From Patellaria atrata CBS 101060 (lineage: Eukaryota), in the NCBI GenBank assembly GCA_010093705.1, contig MU006089.1, forward strand, positions 1,847,561 through 1,911,560: 64,000 bases of DNA. The letters are read 5' to 3'. The first letter of the stretch is position 1. The number at the start of each line of letters is the position of its first letter. The position numbers and the translations under genes were made by a program. The notes beneath the pieces were generated by a model. It was not told the origin of the DNA and searched no databases. It was given only the letters and a program-made list of their open reading frames with translations. Shown here piece by piece: positions 1 to 12,857 of this stretch.

Positions 1-279
1 ATAAACCCTCTTAGCACATTCCGTCGAGCTGCATATAGCAGTGTTAAGGACAGTGGTCCCGTGAAACGGTCCGCACGGAAAGAGGAACAAACCTCGGGAA
101 ATCCGGAACTCCCATCCTTTAGCTTCAAAGATCTAGGTGCCACCAAGACGGTCAGATATGTTGTCATTGTAGCAATAGCTATTGGTGCTACGATTGAATC
201 GATATTCTGGGTTAAGGTCGGTTGGAGATGGTTATATCCTGCTCAGGAAGATATAACAGAGTCGGAGAGTGCATCATAG
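1..279 (+). CDS. 5'-truncated small conserved fungal membrane protein (possibly mitochondrial)
   Basis: Frame is open from base 1 (INPLSTFRRAAYSS...). It has an FSFKDLGATKTV motif followed by one hydrophobic helix (YVVIVAIAIGATIESIFW), and the stop is TAG at 277-279. Confidence 0.6.
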   Translation: MNPLSTFRRAAYSSVKDSGPVKRSARKEEQTSGNPELPSFSFKDLGATKTVRYVVIVAIAIGATIESIFWVKVGWRWLYPAQEDITESESAS

Positions 280-1910
280 ACTGAGTGAGGTGTAATATAG
301 GGAATGATTCAAGAGGGGGGAAGGGAGTGATAAGAAGCCGTCGTTCAACGATGGTAGAAATTGTTAGCATGGACGGATACCCAGGAGGTGCTTGGACCCA
401 GGAGGATGTCATTCGTTTGTTTGCTCATAGTCACAGTCGACTGTCTCATTCCGCTCCTGAACTTACACGTACAATGTATCTTCCAGCTTGCTGGAGCGAG
501 TTAAACATTATTTTCTTTTAGCTATTCGATCTCTTCTCTTAGCACCCTCTCTTCTTCTTCAAATATAGAGGTAAATCTCTACTCTAGAACAGGACAAAAT
601 GTGTTTTCTTTCAAGGATAATTTTGTAACATATCCTTGGAGCTTTATGTTAATGATCTCATCGTCTACCTCGTTTCTTGTGCGAAGCGAATCAAGATACG
701 CTTAAATATCTAATACAAACAAACTATCTAATTTGTTATATGAGATAAGAGATAGTTTCACCGTGGAATCCAATATACCGAAACACCTTGGGTGTCTGTT
801 CATGCCGACGGAAATCTGAAAGACCATGTCAAGTTGTAAATCCGTTGGTGTCCACAATGATTCTCTACTCCATCTAGACTAGTTGAACTATGAATTCCAG
901 ATACTCCGTATCTGCAATCCCCGAACTTGCCGCAGAAATTCTATTGAATTCGCCTTAAAATAGCGACATGGCGTCTAAGTTACCCAAAGCAGCGCCCATT
1001 GCGTTAAGTCAAGGGCGATCTATTGGCGAGTAAACAAAACCTTTCCGCGAGTATAGCTGAGGTATTCTCCTCAAATAGATACAATCAAGGGTTGCACGAG
1101 CGCCACTATTAGACTGCGCCGCCTAATACTGCAGCTCGGATTTTGATTGCTCTCGAACTTACCTTACAGAAGCAAACTTTAGGCGAATGCACGCTAAGTC
1201 AGTATCTCTTCGGACGTCGGAACTACAGTCTACTATCTACTTATTATCTGCTGAAATAATCTGCGTAGTTGAAGCAGAGTCACTTGTTCAAGTACATGTA
1301 CAGCCGATTTATGTTACTTTCGAAACACAGCTGTATTTGATACCACTAATTTTATCTCTTAAACGTAGGTTTTCATACAACACTTAATTTTTCGAATTAA
1401 TTACCCGTTTATCTTAAGAGATGTTTAGCTTTGTTGATGTTATAACTTAACGGCTGATATTCCGTACTTGGCATTGCGGCGCATGTGAATTCCTTTTCGG
1501 ATCCAACTGGTTGCCCAACTCAGCCTCACCCTAGAGAGACCACCAAGAACAAAAACCAACTGCGGCTCTGTCCGTAGCATTATCTTTTTCTCCATCGCGC
1601 AATTGGTTCCACAGCGCTACCAAAATACCATCTCAAGCTTGCCTGCTTCGCCATGTGTTTGTCCACCTATTTTGGGAACTTAGGAAATGATATAAAGGTA
1701 AGTGACTTTCTTTCACTATGAAGGTATCATTCTCATACAGCATCAATTCCTAACAATCAAATCACTTACCTTGAGCCACTTCGATTTCTACTGTCGCTTT
1801 TACCTCTTTCTTTTTCCTTGACACAATTGCTCTTCCGTTTTGAACCTTTCGAACATCTATCGTTTTCTTTATTCTTCAACGGATCTTATCGATTGTTTCA
1901 AATCAATACA

Positions 1911-2729
1911 ATGCGTTCCATCTCTTTCTCCAACGTACTCGTCTTCGGCGCCTCTTTCATCTCTTTCATCAGTGCCGCACCATTGACCGTCTCGGAGCGA
2001 AGTGCGACATGCTCTACCGGCCAAATCTACTATCCAGAGGGAAGCTGTACTAGCGGATTCGTTGGATGCAATTCAAACCCTGATCTTTGTACGGGCGAGA
2101 AGCGCTATTTCAGCGAGTGTCCAGGCGGGACGGGCATCTTCATGAACTGCAACGACTTCAAGGGTTGTACCTTGAACCGCAACATCTGCGATCCCATCCC
2201 AACCCCCGCATACAAACGACAAGCATCAGAAACACCAGTCCCGACAACATTCTGTCCCTTCGGACAAGAGTACTTCCGCCCAGGGGACTGCTCTAGCGGC
2301 TTCGTCGGCTGCAATTCTAACCCAGACTTTTGCTCCGGCCCCAAGCGATTCGTAGGAACTTGCCCCGGTGGGACCGGTGAATGGTACGAATGTGCTTCTT
2401 CCGGTTTCGTCGGATGTACATTCAGAACCAATATTTGTGATGCACACACCCTTCCTAGGCCAAACCCTCCCACGATAGATTCTCCCCCTACTGAGGGAGA
2501 CGAGAGCGGCAGCACTTCGACGGTTGGAAAATGCCCTGCTGGTACTAGCTTCATTCCGCAGAACTATTGCCCGAGCGGTTTTATTGGGTGTGTGGATGCC
2601 GCGAGGTATGAGGGCTTTTGTGCTGGGCCGAAGCGGTTCTTCAATGATTGCCCGGCTGGTAGCGGACTCGTGTTCCGGAGCTGTGTGACTGGCTTTGCGG
2701 GATGTACTTCAGATATCACTATCTGTTAG
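1911..2729 (+). CDS. Secreted cysteine-rich triple-repeat protein (effector- or antimicrobial-like), 272 aa
   Basis: ATG at 1911 begins a signal peptide (MRSISFSNVLVFGASFISFISAAP). Three ~60-aa repeats have 8 Cys each and GFxGC motifs. Single exon, with TATAAA near 1691. Confidence 0.85.
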   Translation: MRSISFSNVLVFGASFISFISAAPLTVSERSATCSTGQIYYPEGSCTSGFVGCNSNPDLCTGEKRYFSECPGGTGIFMNCNDFKGCTLNRNICDPIPTPAYKRQASETPVPTTFCPFGQEYFRPGDCSSGFVGCNSNPDFCSGPKRFVGTCPGGTGEWYECASSGFVGCTFRTNICDAHTLPRPNPPTIDSPPTEGDESGSTSTVGKCPAGTSFIPQNYCPSGFIGCVDAARYEGFCAGPKRFFNDCPAGSGLVFRSCVTGFAGCTSDITIC

Positions 2730-3914
2730 GAGCATAATCCTAGTGGGGAACTTTTTGGGGATAGATGAGAAGGGGAAATGATATTCGATATTTAGCATTA
2801 GCGATGGTTGGGGGTAATGGTTCTTTGCATCTTCTGGCGGTCATATGCATAGCACTGGCGTTCTTGTATTTTTGCTAGCTCTTTGGTATGTTTTAGAGAT
2901 ACTGTTCTCCAATAATACGAATTCTTTATTCATAATTTTAGATTGTGGAATGTTGAAGGAATTGATAATAGGATGGAACTACGTCATGAGCAAATTAGCT
3001 CCGCCAGGCTGACTGAAAATGATAGCAAGACGGATGCGACTACTTCCAAGACGGAGAAGAGGAAGGTGATACCTATATTTATGGAGACTACCTTCTTGAC
3101 TTGACATTCATATAAGCTTAATCTTGGATCCAAGCCGGATGAAGCGAAAGTTCGGAAGACTGCTGATCGATAGGGCTACGTAAGCTGTGAGAGCCCTTGA
3201 GCCATCATGAACCCGGATAGCGGAGAATGCTGGCAAATCCCGCTCCTGTCAAGCAATGTCATTTTCGGAGGCGAGCTCTGCTAAACATCATTGCAGCGGA
3301 ACTTAAATAGGAACCATCGAAGGGACACACAAGGGTTCTAAAAGTAGAAAGTTTCAAGGTGAGAGGTTGTGGGGATGAGAAATGCTTCTGCACAACTCTG
3401 ACGTCTTATTCATTAAGTGCAGTAACAATTTGCACTTGGATGGCATGGTGAGAATAATAGAGGTCAACAATAATGATTCTTCTATCTTTACAAACCTGCT
3501 ACGGTAAGCTGGCATGTGCCTGTTGTCTCTCATGAATTCTCCCCTCACGTGCTTGGGCATTATTAGTAGTTCTTTCGGCTTCCTTGCCTAATGCCTTGCA
3601 AAAACTGCCCTCCTGCAAGTATACGTCACGCCAAAATCACCCACCACCACCTTGGACGGCCTGCCCAACACAAAGGTGACCTCAAGAAGCTTTCCTAGCC
3701 ACGTCGGTTCACGCTTCTTCAGACTATTACACTTTCTCCCTTATTCTACTTCTTCCTTCTCGTTCCACCCTTCTTTCGCCTCGACGTTATTGTGAATTCC
3801 GCTTGAAACTCTCACATCAATTAATCCTCCAGCCTTTGACCCCGCCATTACATACACATCACCTTTTGCCTTGTGCCCGATCTCACTTTAGCCTCGAGTC
3901 TCCATTACACAAGA

Positions 3915-5763
3915 ATGGCTTCTCGTCGCTATCCGACCGCTGAGCTTTATGAGCAGCGTGATCGCGGTCCTCGCAGAGGTCGTGAGTACGAGGACATTGA
4001 TATCGACATTACCCGCAGAAGCGGCCCTGACTACGGTCCTCGTGGCAGCCAACCGGATTTCCTTCGTGAAGACTACGGAAGAACTTCAGCTGGACCACTC
4101 GTCCTTCGCGGCAAAGATAAGCCAGATTTCGATAGGCCGCCTTCTAGACCTCGAGAGATACGAAGAGAATCGAGGGACGACATCGGCATCCGCGATCGCA
4201 GTTCACGCGGTGGTGACCGAGATGACATAGTCTTCCGTTATGACTCCAGAGAAGACCGTCCTCGCCGAGGTCCTCGAGGAGATACCGAAGAGACCGACAT
4301 CAGTATTCGTCGAGAAGAGCGTTCAGGACCCCCACCACGAGCGAGAGAGTTCGAACGTGACGAAATTAACTACCGCCATGAAGAGTTCAGCAGACCAAGG
4401 CGCGCAGAAACTGTACGCGACGATGTCAGCTTTCGAAGAGTCTCTCCCCCACGTAGACCACCTCTAAGGGAGGTCGAGAGAGATGAACTTCTTATTCGTC
4501 GTGAGGAGCGCGAACGCCCAAGAGAGCGTGATGTTGATCGGGATGCTCTCGTAATACGGCAGAGAGAGCGCAGCATGCCCCCACCCCCACTTCAGCGCGA
4601 ACTTGTAGCCAGAGAGAGGGAAGAGTTCACACTCCGTCGCGATCCTCCACGACGCCAGCGGGAAGAGACGGAAGAGATTATCATCCGCCGCACTGAGAGA
4701 TCTCCAACTCCTCCGCCACCACCTCCTGAGCCCGAACCAGAGCCACCGATCATTGTAAGGCCGGCCATCCATCAAGATATAATCACCCATCATCACCACA
4801 TTGACCATGGTAAGACCAGCAAAGTCTAATAATCTATGACGATTCACTGATATTCGCTCTAGGCGTGATCAGAGCCAGGTCTCCTACCCCTCCACCTCCA
4901 CCACCTTCCCCTCCCAGAGAAGAGTCTTTGGAGATCGAGATCCGTCGACGGTATGTATCATCTATCAACCTATTTCCAACAATTACTGACAAATATATAG
5001 CGGCGGAAAATTTGTCGATGAGGATATCATCTATGAGCGTGAAACTCGCGAGAGGAAAGAACGAGATTCACAAGTAGACTTTAAACGCAGACGATCTCTC
5101 AGTGCCCCACGCCGTCGTCAGACAACGTCTGATCTCGATTTTGAAGCTGAAGCCGAGTTTTATCAACGTAAGACCAATGAGAGAGCATATATCGGCGAAG
5201 CATACAATGGTGCAACTAAAGATTGGGCTATTGTTGACGTTCCTCCAGGTACGGAACGGGTCAAAATGGACGGTGTTGGAGGCGCAAGTCAAGAAATCAC
5301 CTGGCAACGTTATAATGGTGTCCGCAGGGCGAAGTTTATCACTGACGACAACGTGTACGATTCCGGATTCGGAATCGGAAGGACTCCCTCAGCACCTCCA
5401 CCGAGGAAGGAAAAATCTTCTGAAATGTGGACGGAGATTACTAAAGATCTAGTCTTAAAGGAAGCGATCGAAGAGATGGGGTACAGTTATGAGGAGACTG
5501 ACTACTTCTTCTACGTTATGGAATATCTACGCTATGTAAGTCTTACGGATAGCTCATGACCAAGGATGTTTGCTGATAGCTACCAGGAGGATGTTTTGCA
5601 GCTTGTAGAAATCTCTGACGACATTCGCAGAGATCGACGTTCTCGCATACGCCAGATCCAGTATGAGCGGGATGAATTGGAACGTCGTGACAGACCACGC
5701 GGTGGTGAACGGGTCACGGAACGCGAAATCATTTACGACAGTCGACGTGCACGATATGGTTGA
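3915..5763 (+). CDS. Conserved fungal Arg/Glu/Pro-rich protein with C-terminal WTEITKDLV module (DUF8035-like, from memory); 4 exons
   Basis: Exons 3915-4809, 4863-4950, 5001-5535 and 5587-5763 are joined by GT-AG introns that keep frame. Conserved blocks are IGEAYNGATKDWAIVDVPPGTERVKMDGVGG and WTEITKDLVLKEAIEEMGYSYEET. Confidence 0.8.
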
Positions 5764-6185
5764 ATCTCCTTTCTTGGCTTTACGATAGTTTCAAACTTTC
5801 CTTCTCTTCCAGGGACGATCGGTTCGAGACTCATGTAATGGGAAGGGTGGGTGAGTCCGCGAGGACATGATAGGCAACGAGGTTATGGCTTCTTTGGAGG
5901 CAAAGGCTCTTTTCTTGTGGATGATCAACGGTTTACGAAGATTCGGGTTCATCAATGACTTGATGATTATGACGATTCTGAATGCATGAACGATGGTTCA
6001 ACTTTTGTTGCTCCAGGACGTGGATGCGTCTGATTGATTAAGTTAAGAAGCGGCATAATTCTATCAGGCTGGGAATTCTGGTTTTCATTTGTCTTTCTTG
6101 TTCGTAATAATGACTCTGAGGTACAATAGATGAACAAAAGTTTCCAAATGATAATCCCCTGAAAAGTACTACCTAGAATATGCTA

Positions 6186-6225
6186 GTCACGTGGTGATAA
6201 GGTTGGGACGGGAAGGGCACGTGAC
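6186..6225. promoter_or_regulatory. Paired inverted GTCACGTG / CACGTGAC bHLH (Cbf1/E-box-like) sites
   Basis: GTCACGTG at 6186-6193 and CACGTGAC at 6218-6225 lie about 130-165 bp upstream of the ATG at 6353. Confidence 0.4.
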
Positions 6226-6352
6226 CGAAATGAGGGTATGACGACTCCTTGAGCCGCAGCATCTCCCTGTGCCAACCTCAGTAGCCACTTTCACGCCATT
6301 ACTTCGAACAAGCCCTCATCTTTCTATTGACTTTACGACTTGATACGAAAAA

Positions 6353-7529
6353 ATGATGATTAAATCTACCGGCCTGAGCGCCATCTTCGCACTGGCCGCG
6401 AGCGCATTCATGATACCCCCGTCCATGTCCGCCGATTCTATTTCTGCTTCAACCTTGGAAACTGCAGGCGTTAACCCGCTTATTCAAACTGTCAGGCTCG
6501 ACACAGATGCGTCTGCTCTTATTCATGGAGTAGAGGGTACTCTCCCCTTGGTGAGTGGGTAGGATTACCTTTTTGTTACTTCAAATACTGACTGGACATT
6601 AGACATTCACCTTCGCTGTGAACCGACAGAATCCAACAGAACTACTATTGAATGGGGAACCTTTCTACAATCCAGGACACTTCTTCGATGCGCCTGTAAC
6701 AGAATCTGTGTCTGCTATCATCGAAGCAGCGGCAACACCCAACAGTGATATCGACTACGAACTCCGTGTTTCGAACTATGTCTTTTTGGTTGAGCCTGAG
6801 ATATCGACTCCTTCAGGGTCTCTCATCCCTCTCACGCTTCAGATTAACGGCTTCGGAAATACACCGGTCACTGGCCTACCGGCGTTGAAGGTGAACCTAT
6901 TCAAACAGAATGATAACAGCCTCCTCATAATCTCAGCCGAGGCTGGTGAAATTCGGGGCGAGACGTCATACCGCGTCGATGAAATTACTGGTAGCCTCGA
7001 ACAAGCGTGCGAGTCGTGGCCTTCCTTCTGCCGCTGGCGAGACATCGTCAGTGAGAAGTTCAAGGGCGTAAGTGAGACTGTCGGCAATAAGATAAGTGGC
7101 GAAAAACCTAAGAAGCATGGCGGATGCGGCGGGAGGAAGCCTAAGACTCATCGCCCCGGCCATGGTGATAGGCTACCTACCCATATTACTTATAGGCCTG
7201 GGAACCCTCATCCACACTACGGTCACCATCCTAAGGAGCAGAAATATAGCGTGCTCACCATAATAATTGTGTGGTTAGTTGTTCTCGGCCTTATTGGCAT
7301 TCCGTTAGGTGCCTTGGTCTGTCTTACGACCGCTGCCTTGATTAACAAGTGCTTCGGATGGAAACGTGTTGAGTATACGGAGGTGGCCCAGAATGAACAG
7401 GACGACGATGCTCCTCCATACGATGCTAGGTTTGATGATGAGGAAAAGCAAAAGTACGTCGTTGAGGCTGAGGAAAATGATGATCCCTTGCCTGTCTACG
7501 AGGCTGTCGAGAAGGAAGTAGTACAGTGA
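6353..7529 (+). CDS. Conserved fungal single-pass membrane protein (signal peptide, luminal domain, His-rich linker, TM, acidic tail); 2 exons
   Basis: Signal peptide ends ...ASAFMIPP. Intron 6551-6602 keeps frame. It contains a CESWPSFCRW motif, a GCGGRK/His-rich segment, a hydrophobic TM, and PPY/LPVY motifs in the tail. Confidence 0.8.
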
Positions 7530-8314
7530 GCGATATTATATGACAACGACCTACTATTCAAGGCTTATATGGTTATGGAGTTAATTGTTGGCCGTTGATT
7601 GTACGGCCACTCAGTGCATAGTCACTCATTACAAGGTGTTCTTGTGGATCCACTGTGTATACACTACAGTAGGGTTATATTAGTGTAAGACTGCTTTTAC
7701 TAAATATGATGTTCTTCTTTGTAATAAATCTGTCGTGTGGCCCTGACCGAGAAGACTCGGCCCGAGCGTCCTTCTGGATACCCGTCACCTCGGCCCGAAC
7801 ATTATCCGAAATTTTGCTATACAGCAATATCTCTTTCAAAGGGCTTGATTTTTCTTTTGGTCATTAGCTTCACAGTTGGTGATAGAATAAATCTATATAG
7901 TTATCTAATATTTCGTCAAAAAATCTCGTGGATTCGTGTGCTGTATGAATTTTTGGTATTGGGTGGTAGTGGAGGTTGGCAGAAGTGAAGTTTCCGAAAA
8001 TGCGACGTTGAACGAAAATCGGGCCTGTTTTCACCTGACGAGCAACCCGACCCGATAAACACCCGATCCAATATCTTCACAACTTTAGCAGGCAAATACA
8101 ATATTTCTCTCTGGTGTGGTTCAGTATCCCATCTCAACATGTGAGAGAGCGGAACCTTTCCGCCAGCTTACTTTCCGCCCCTCATTGCTGACCTCATTGT
8201 CAGCAGAATTTCCGCTCGTCCATGAGCTCTTATCGAGCATCCTTCCTCATATGAGGTTCGATCACCGTTTAACAATACGGGTATCTCCACCGCCTTGGAG
8301 AGACACGCCGGATT

Positions 8315-9598
8315 ATGACGGAAAAGCCGATTCATGAAGCTGGTACCGCTGATGGCTGGCATGGTGAAATTAAACAAGGTGGTCAATTCCCCCCAGAGAG
8401 GGAACGATACCATCTTTATATCGGTATGATCGTGACCTCCAACCTTTCCCTCCTGCACAATCTTTTCTCTCTCTGCTCACTTTACACCCAGGTTTATTTT
8501 GCCCCTTTGCTCACCGCGTGAACCTTGTTCGACACCTTGCGAATCTGACCTCGATCATCGATATATCAATCGTTAAACCATTTCCCAAAGGTGACGACAA
8601 GGGATGGCCCGGCTGGCGATTTCCCAAAACGGACGATGAGTATACCGGCGCAACGGTAGACAAGCTCTTCGGCAGTGAATACTTGCACGAGGTGTACTTC
8701 CGCGCAGACAAGGAGTATAAGGGCAGGTATTCGGTACCAGTGCTGTGGGACAAGAAGGCAGAAACGATCATCTGTAATGTGCGTTAGAGTTCCTTAGTGA
8801 CTTTATCTATAGGGTTCGCATTCCTTAGAATGATATAGAAAGGAAACTAAAGGGTTCTCTCTCTTCAATAGGAATCTGCAGAGATGCTCCGCTGGCTACC
8901 CACCTCTTTCGCCTCCCTTGGAACAGACGCCTCGCCCACGTCAATAGATCTTTATCCCGAACATCTCCGCTCCAGGATTGATGATATGTCGGGATGGATC
9001 CAAGAGGATATCAACACCGGCGTCTACAAAGCCGGTTTCGCATCCGAACAAGCGACTTACGATGAGCAAGTTCTTGATGTCTTCTATGCTCTGAACAGAC
9101 TCGAACGAGAAATCCACCAAAACAAAGGGCCGTACGTATTAGGTGCGGAGATGACGGAGCTAGATCTGCGATGCTACGCAACGATAATCCGCTTCGACGC
9201 GATATACGTCCAGCACTTCAAGTGCAACATGGGTACCATCCGACACGACTATCCAGTGATTCGACAGTGGTTGAGCGATCTGTATTTCAATGACGGCCTC
9301 GTCGCTTTCAAGAAGACGACGAACTTCAAGCACATCAAGGAGAATGTAAGTTTGATGATCTCGTCCCTTTACTTTCTTTCTTTTCGTTGGTTAACTTTAT
9401 TTCTTTTCGTGCTATATATGGGGGACGGAGAATACTAACGCTGAGAAAATTCAAAAGTACACCAAAAGCCATGCGGGTATTAACCCCAAAGCTATCACAC
9501 CACTAGGCCCCTATCCCCATGTGGAACAAAGTATCACGCCCTGGAAGGACTTGAAGGCCGGAGGACTCTATTTGCGGGAGTTTTGGAGGTTAGGATAA
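8315..9598 (+). CDS. Glutathionyl-hydroquinone reductase / omega-Xi-class GST (Ecm4/YqjG family); 4 exons
   Basis: Splicing joins RYHLYI|GLFCPFAHR (catalytic CPFA). Further motifs are YKGRYSVPVLWDKK, NTGVYKAGFA, TIIRFDAIYVQHFKCN and HIKEN|YTKSHAGINPKAITPLGP. Introns lie at about 8424-8491, 8779-8871 and 9346-9457. Confidence 0.9.
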
Positions 9599-10503
9599 AG
9601 AGTGAGTTGGGATATCGAAAGATATGAAGACTGTTCAAGTACAAAACCCATAAGTGGAATCTTTATCCATCTCCCTCTCCGAGACGTGTGAGTGTCTTGC
9701 CGATATTCACCTGAATTGAGACTACAATTTCCTTATTTGGACATTGGTGAGCATGAATGATCCTGGCCTAGGGTTCATGGTTAAGGTAAGGCTTAGCACT
9801 TTCTTACAAGCACCCAAGAATTCTAGTTGATTGAAAATTTGAGGTTATAATGAGCGTTTGTGTTTGGTCTTATTTCTTGTAAAAGGTGAAGAAGTAGAAT
9901 TCACTATTTATGGTCTATAGTATATGATTCGAGTATCACTTTTTACCATGTTGGGGTTCTCCTACCTTTGGGGACTATCGTGGTATGGATCATCACCTGC
10001 TATTCTCGTGGTCTCCGTTAGATTTGATGGTGTCACTCATTCTATGGCAGAAGTTCTCTATATACATCCGGGCGTGTTTTGTGCTGAAGTGTGTTTTAAG
10101 AAGTTTATTACGCATCTCGCTACCATCTATATTTTCCTGGAATTGATGTCCTTTTTCGCAAGGCCGTAGGTGCCGATAATTTATCATCGTTTGTCTTGGG
10201 TTGTGAGATCTACTGTTCATTCCACGTGACATCTGCCACGAGGATATAGACCGTTACTGATTTCCGCATGACGTCTCGTAGTTACCTATATCACATGCCG
10301 AACCTCTACAGCCTTTCATACCCCATTGCGTCTACAAACAACGTTTGCTACAGCAACACAACTAACACCACATATAAACCCCGCCGCGTGAACCTACTTC
10401 TACCTCCAAACATACTCGTCACCTAAGTGGCTACCAGCCCTTCTTTATAACTCTCATCCTCTCCCATCGTTCTTCTCAAACAACCACTCCCGCAACATCC
10501 AAC

Positions 10504-11798
10504 ATGGCGATGGAAATCAACCGTCCCGATTCCCGCTTCCCCAACTATCGCGACGGAGACGTGCGCATCATCCTCTCCAACACGCGCAAGTTCCAACTGC
10601 ACTCGGACACGCTTCGCAACAGCTGCAACCTCTTCCGCAAGCTGCTCACCGAGGACAGAGCCGCTCCACTCTCGACCAAGGCGAAGAAGGATGGTGTCGT
10701 CGTGCGCTACCGCCTTCATATGACTGAGCGCCCACCTGACGACAATGATGGAAATGCGAATACGGGAAGGTTGCAGTTGGTTGTGAGTATACCCTACCAC
10801 CATCGACAGGGTCTCTTAACGTAAATATTACGGCAACAAGGATTGCTGATGCTTATCGTGAGCAGGAACTCGACTCGAACGGCAAAATCGCCAGCAAGAA
10901 TACCTCAGTCGGCGTGCTGACCGAAAACGACAACGGCAAAGTTCCCAACGCACTCTTCGGGTACTACCACAACGTCTTCGCGGCCATCTACAACCAAGAG
11001 CTGAATATTGCGAGCGAGGACATCGCATCCGTGCTCACACAGTGCGTCGGCATCCTCGACATCGCCGAGTACCTCGGGTGCGTGTCTGCGGTGGCCAAGA
11101 TCATCGACGTGGCCATCATCTCGCACGGGCAGATCCTGTACCGGTCGATCGCAGACAAGCCGATCCCGTGGTTGCTGCTCAGCACACGTATCAAGAGCGA
11201 CGTCATCTTCAAGGAGAGCATGATCCACATCGTTGGCCAGTGGAACATGCTGGACGCGGACGAGAAGCTGGCCATGCCCGAGGACCTACACAACCGCTGC
11301 TGGAACAAGCGTCTCAATGTCATCAATTTCTGTCGCGACTACGAGGCTGGACTATTCGGCGTCTATGCAACCAGCATGCGTCGCGAGGCGGCTGTTGAGG
11401 ATATCTCTCGCTCGTCTTACGGTGGCGATATCTATCTCTGGCAGGCGTGTGACATCTTCAAGCGGTACCTGGGCGAGGCGCTGATCGGGCGCGAGGAGGG
11501 CTGGGTGTGCGAGGATGGTGGATACATGCTTTACAGCCGCTTGTCGAAGGGGGGGCAGAACTACCTTACGCGCGCCGAGCTCGAGGTCTTCCACCGCGAC
11601 TTCCCGATGAGCAACAAGGGACGTGGTAGTTTGGATAACACGCTGTTGAAGATCAAGGACCGCGTGAGGGTCTTCACGGCGAATAAGGGCGTCTTGAAGA
11701 ATAATTCCGCTCTTGACGTGGATAAGTTCCGCATTGAGTATTTGACTTGCGCGGAGGTGAAGCGTGAGGATGTGCCGTGGCAGGGAACGATTGGGTAG
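10504..11798 (+). CDS. Fungal BTB/POZ-like domain protein; 2 exons
   Basis: N-terminal FPNYRDGDVRIIL...FQLHSDTLRNSC resembles a BTB fold start. ILDIAEYLGC and SDVIFKESMIHIVGQW are typical of this fungal family. Intron 10783-10865 keeps frame. Confidence 0.75.
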
Positions 11799-12801
11799 AG
11801 GGGGATTTGATGTCTCCTTGGGTATTGGCATTGGGATATAAGCACACTTTTACGTGCTCTTGATATACATCCATAGGGTTGGGATTGCTGAACCTCACGG
11901 CAGAGGTTGGTTGGGTACTTGTATCAGTACACATTCCTACGAGGGTGGTGAGTGGGCATCTCATAATAAACGAAATTTGCAATCGAATTGAATGGACTGG
12001 TGAAAATGATCTACCCTGTCGAGTTCACCTATGTTGAATCACTTGTAGTTCACGCTAGGAATATGTTGATTTAGAGTAAGATGATAGCATGGTACCCTAA
12101 ACTCAAATCCGTACTAGCGAGCTATTGAATAAAGAAAGGGGTATCTCCAGCAATACACATAACAGACAACTGGGAAAAAAAAGTACGATTATCCCGTATA
12201 ATCAACGCGAGGTTAATGAAAAAACAGGTCACCAAAAGCGAAAGACTTTAACACTCAACTTCTCGGTTAGCGAACACTCGTTAAGACTTACGAGCAGGTC
12301 AGACGTTCTTTTTCAGCAGATACGGCTATATACGCACCGGCTCCCAATGGAGGCGTGGAGTCTCCGTTTCCTTGGGTTGCGCTGAGTAGTTCTACATAGG
12401 GACAGCTGAAGTGGAAAGGCTTCGCTGGTGTTCCCGTACAATCGTACATTTGGTATATGAGTCACAGGCTGGCAGAAGCTTCAGCTCTGTATGACGAACC
12501 ATCCTTGCCGGCTCGACGGATGTTGGGATATGGGTATGTTTGGATTCATGTGGTGGCATCAAAACGGGCGGGGGGAGAAGTCTCCGGTCTCTTGTTTGAA
12601 CGTCAAGCATGTGCTTCTGCCTGTTGAACCGGTGAACCATGCAACTACCCACATTGCAGCTGCGTTGTTCGTATCCCGTCATTGAGATTGTACTGCTGAT
12701 GTTGAATATCTTACTATTTGTCCTGAGGTGGCCGCAGTGATTCCGGTGAGTATGGAAGCATACAGGCATTCACAGGGCTATACGTATGACTCTGGTGAGA
12801 A

Positions 12802-12857
12802 TCTGTCGTTCTGTCGTTCTGTCGTCCTGTCGTTCTGTCGTTCTGTCGTTCTGTCGT
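12802..12857. repeat. 8-bp tandem repeat (TCTGTCGT)x7
   Basis: Seven copies are directly visible, one with a single substitution. Confidence 0.9.

Noticed and set aside
7735..8075. CCCGA-rich segments suggestive of a MITE
   Set aside because: No terminal inverted repeats or target-site duplication could be identified.
12392..12769. 125-aa minus-strand ORF starting MPVCFHTHRNHCGH
   Set aside because: No recognisable family, and trial splicing gave no convincing product.
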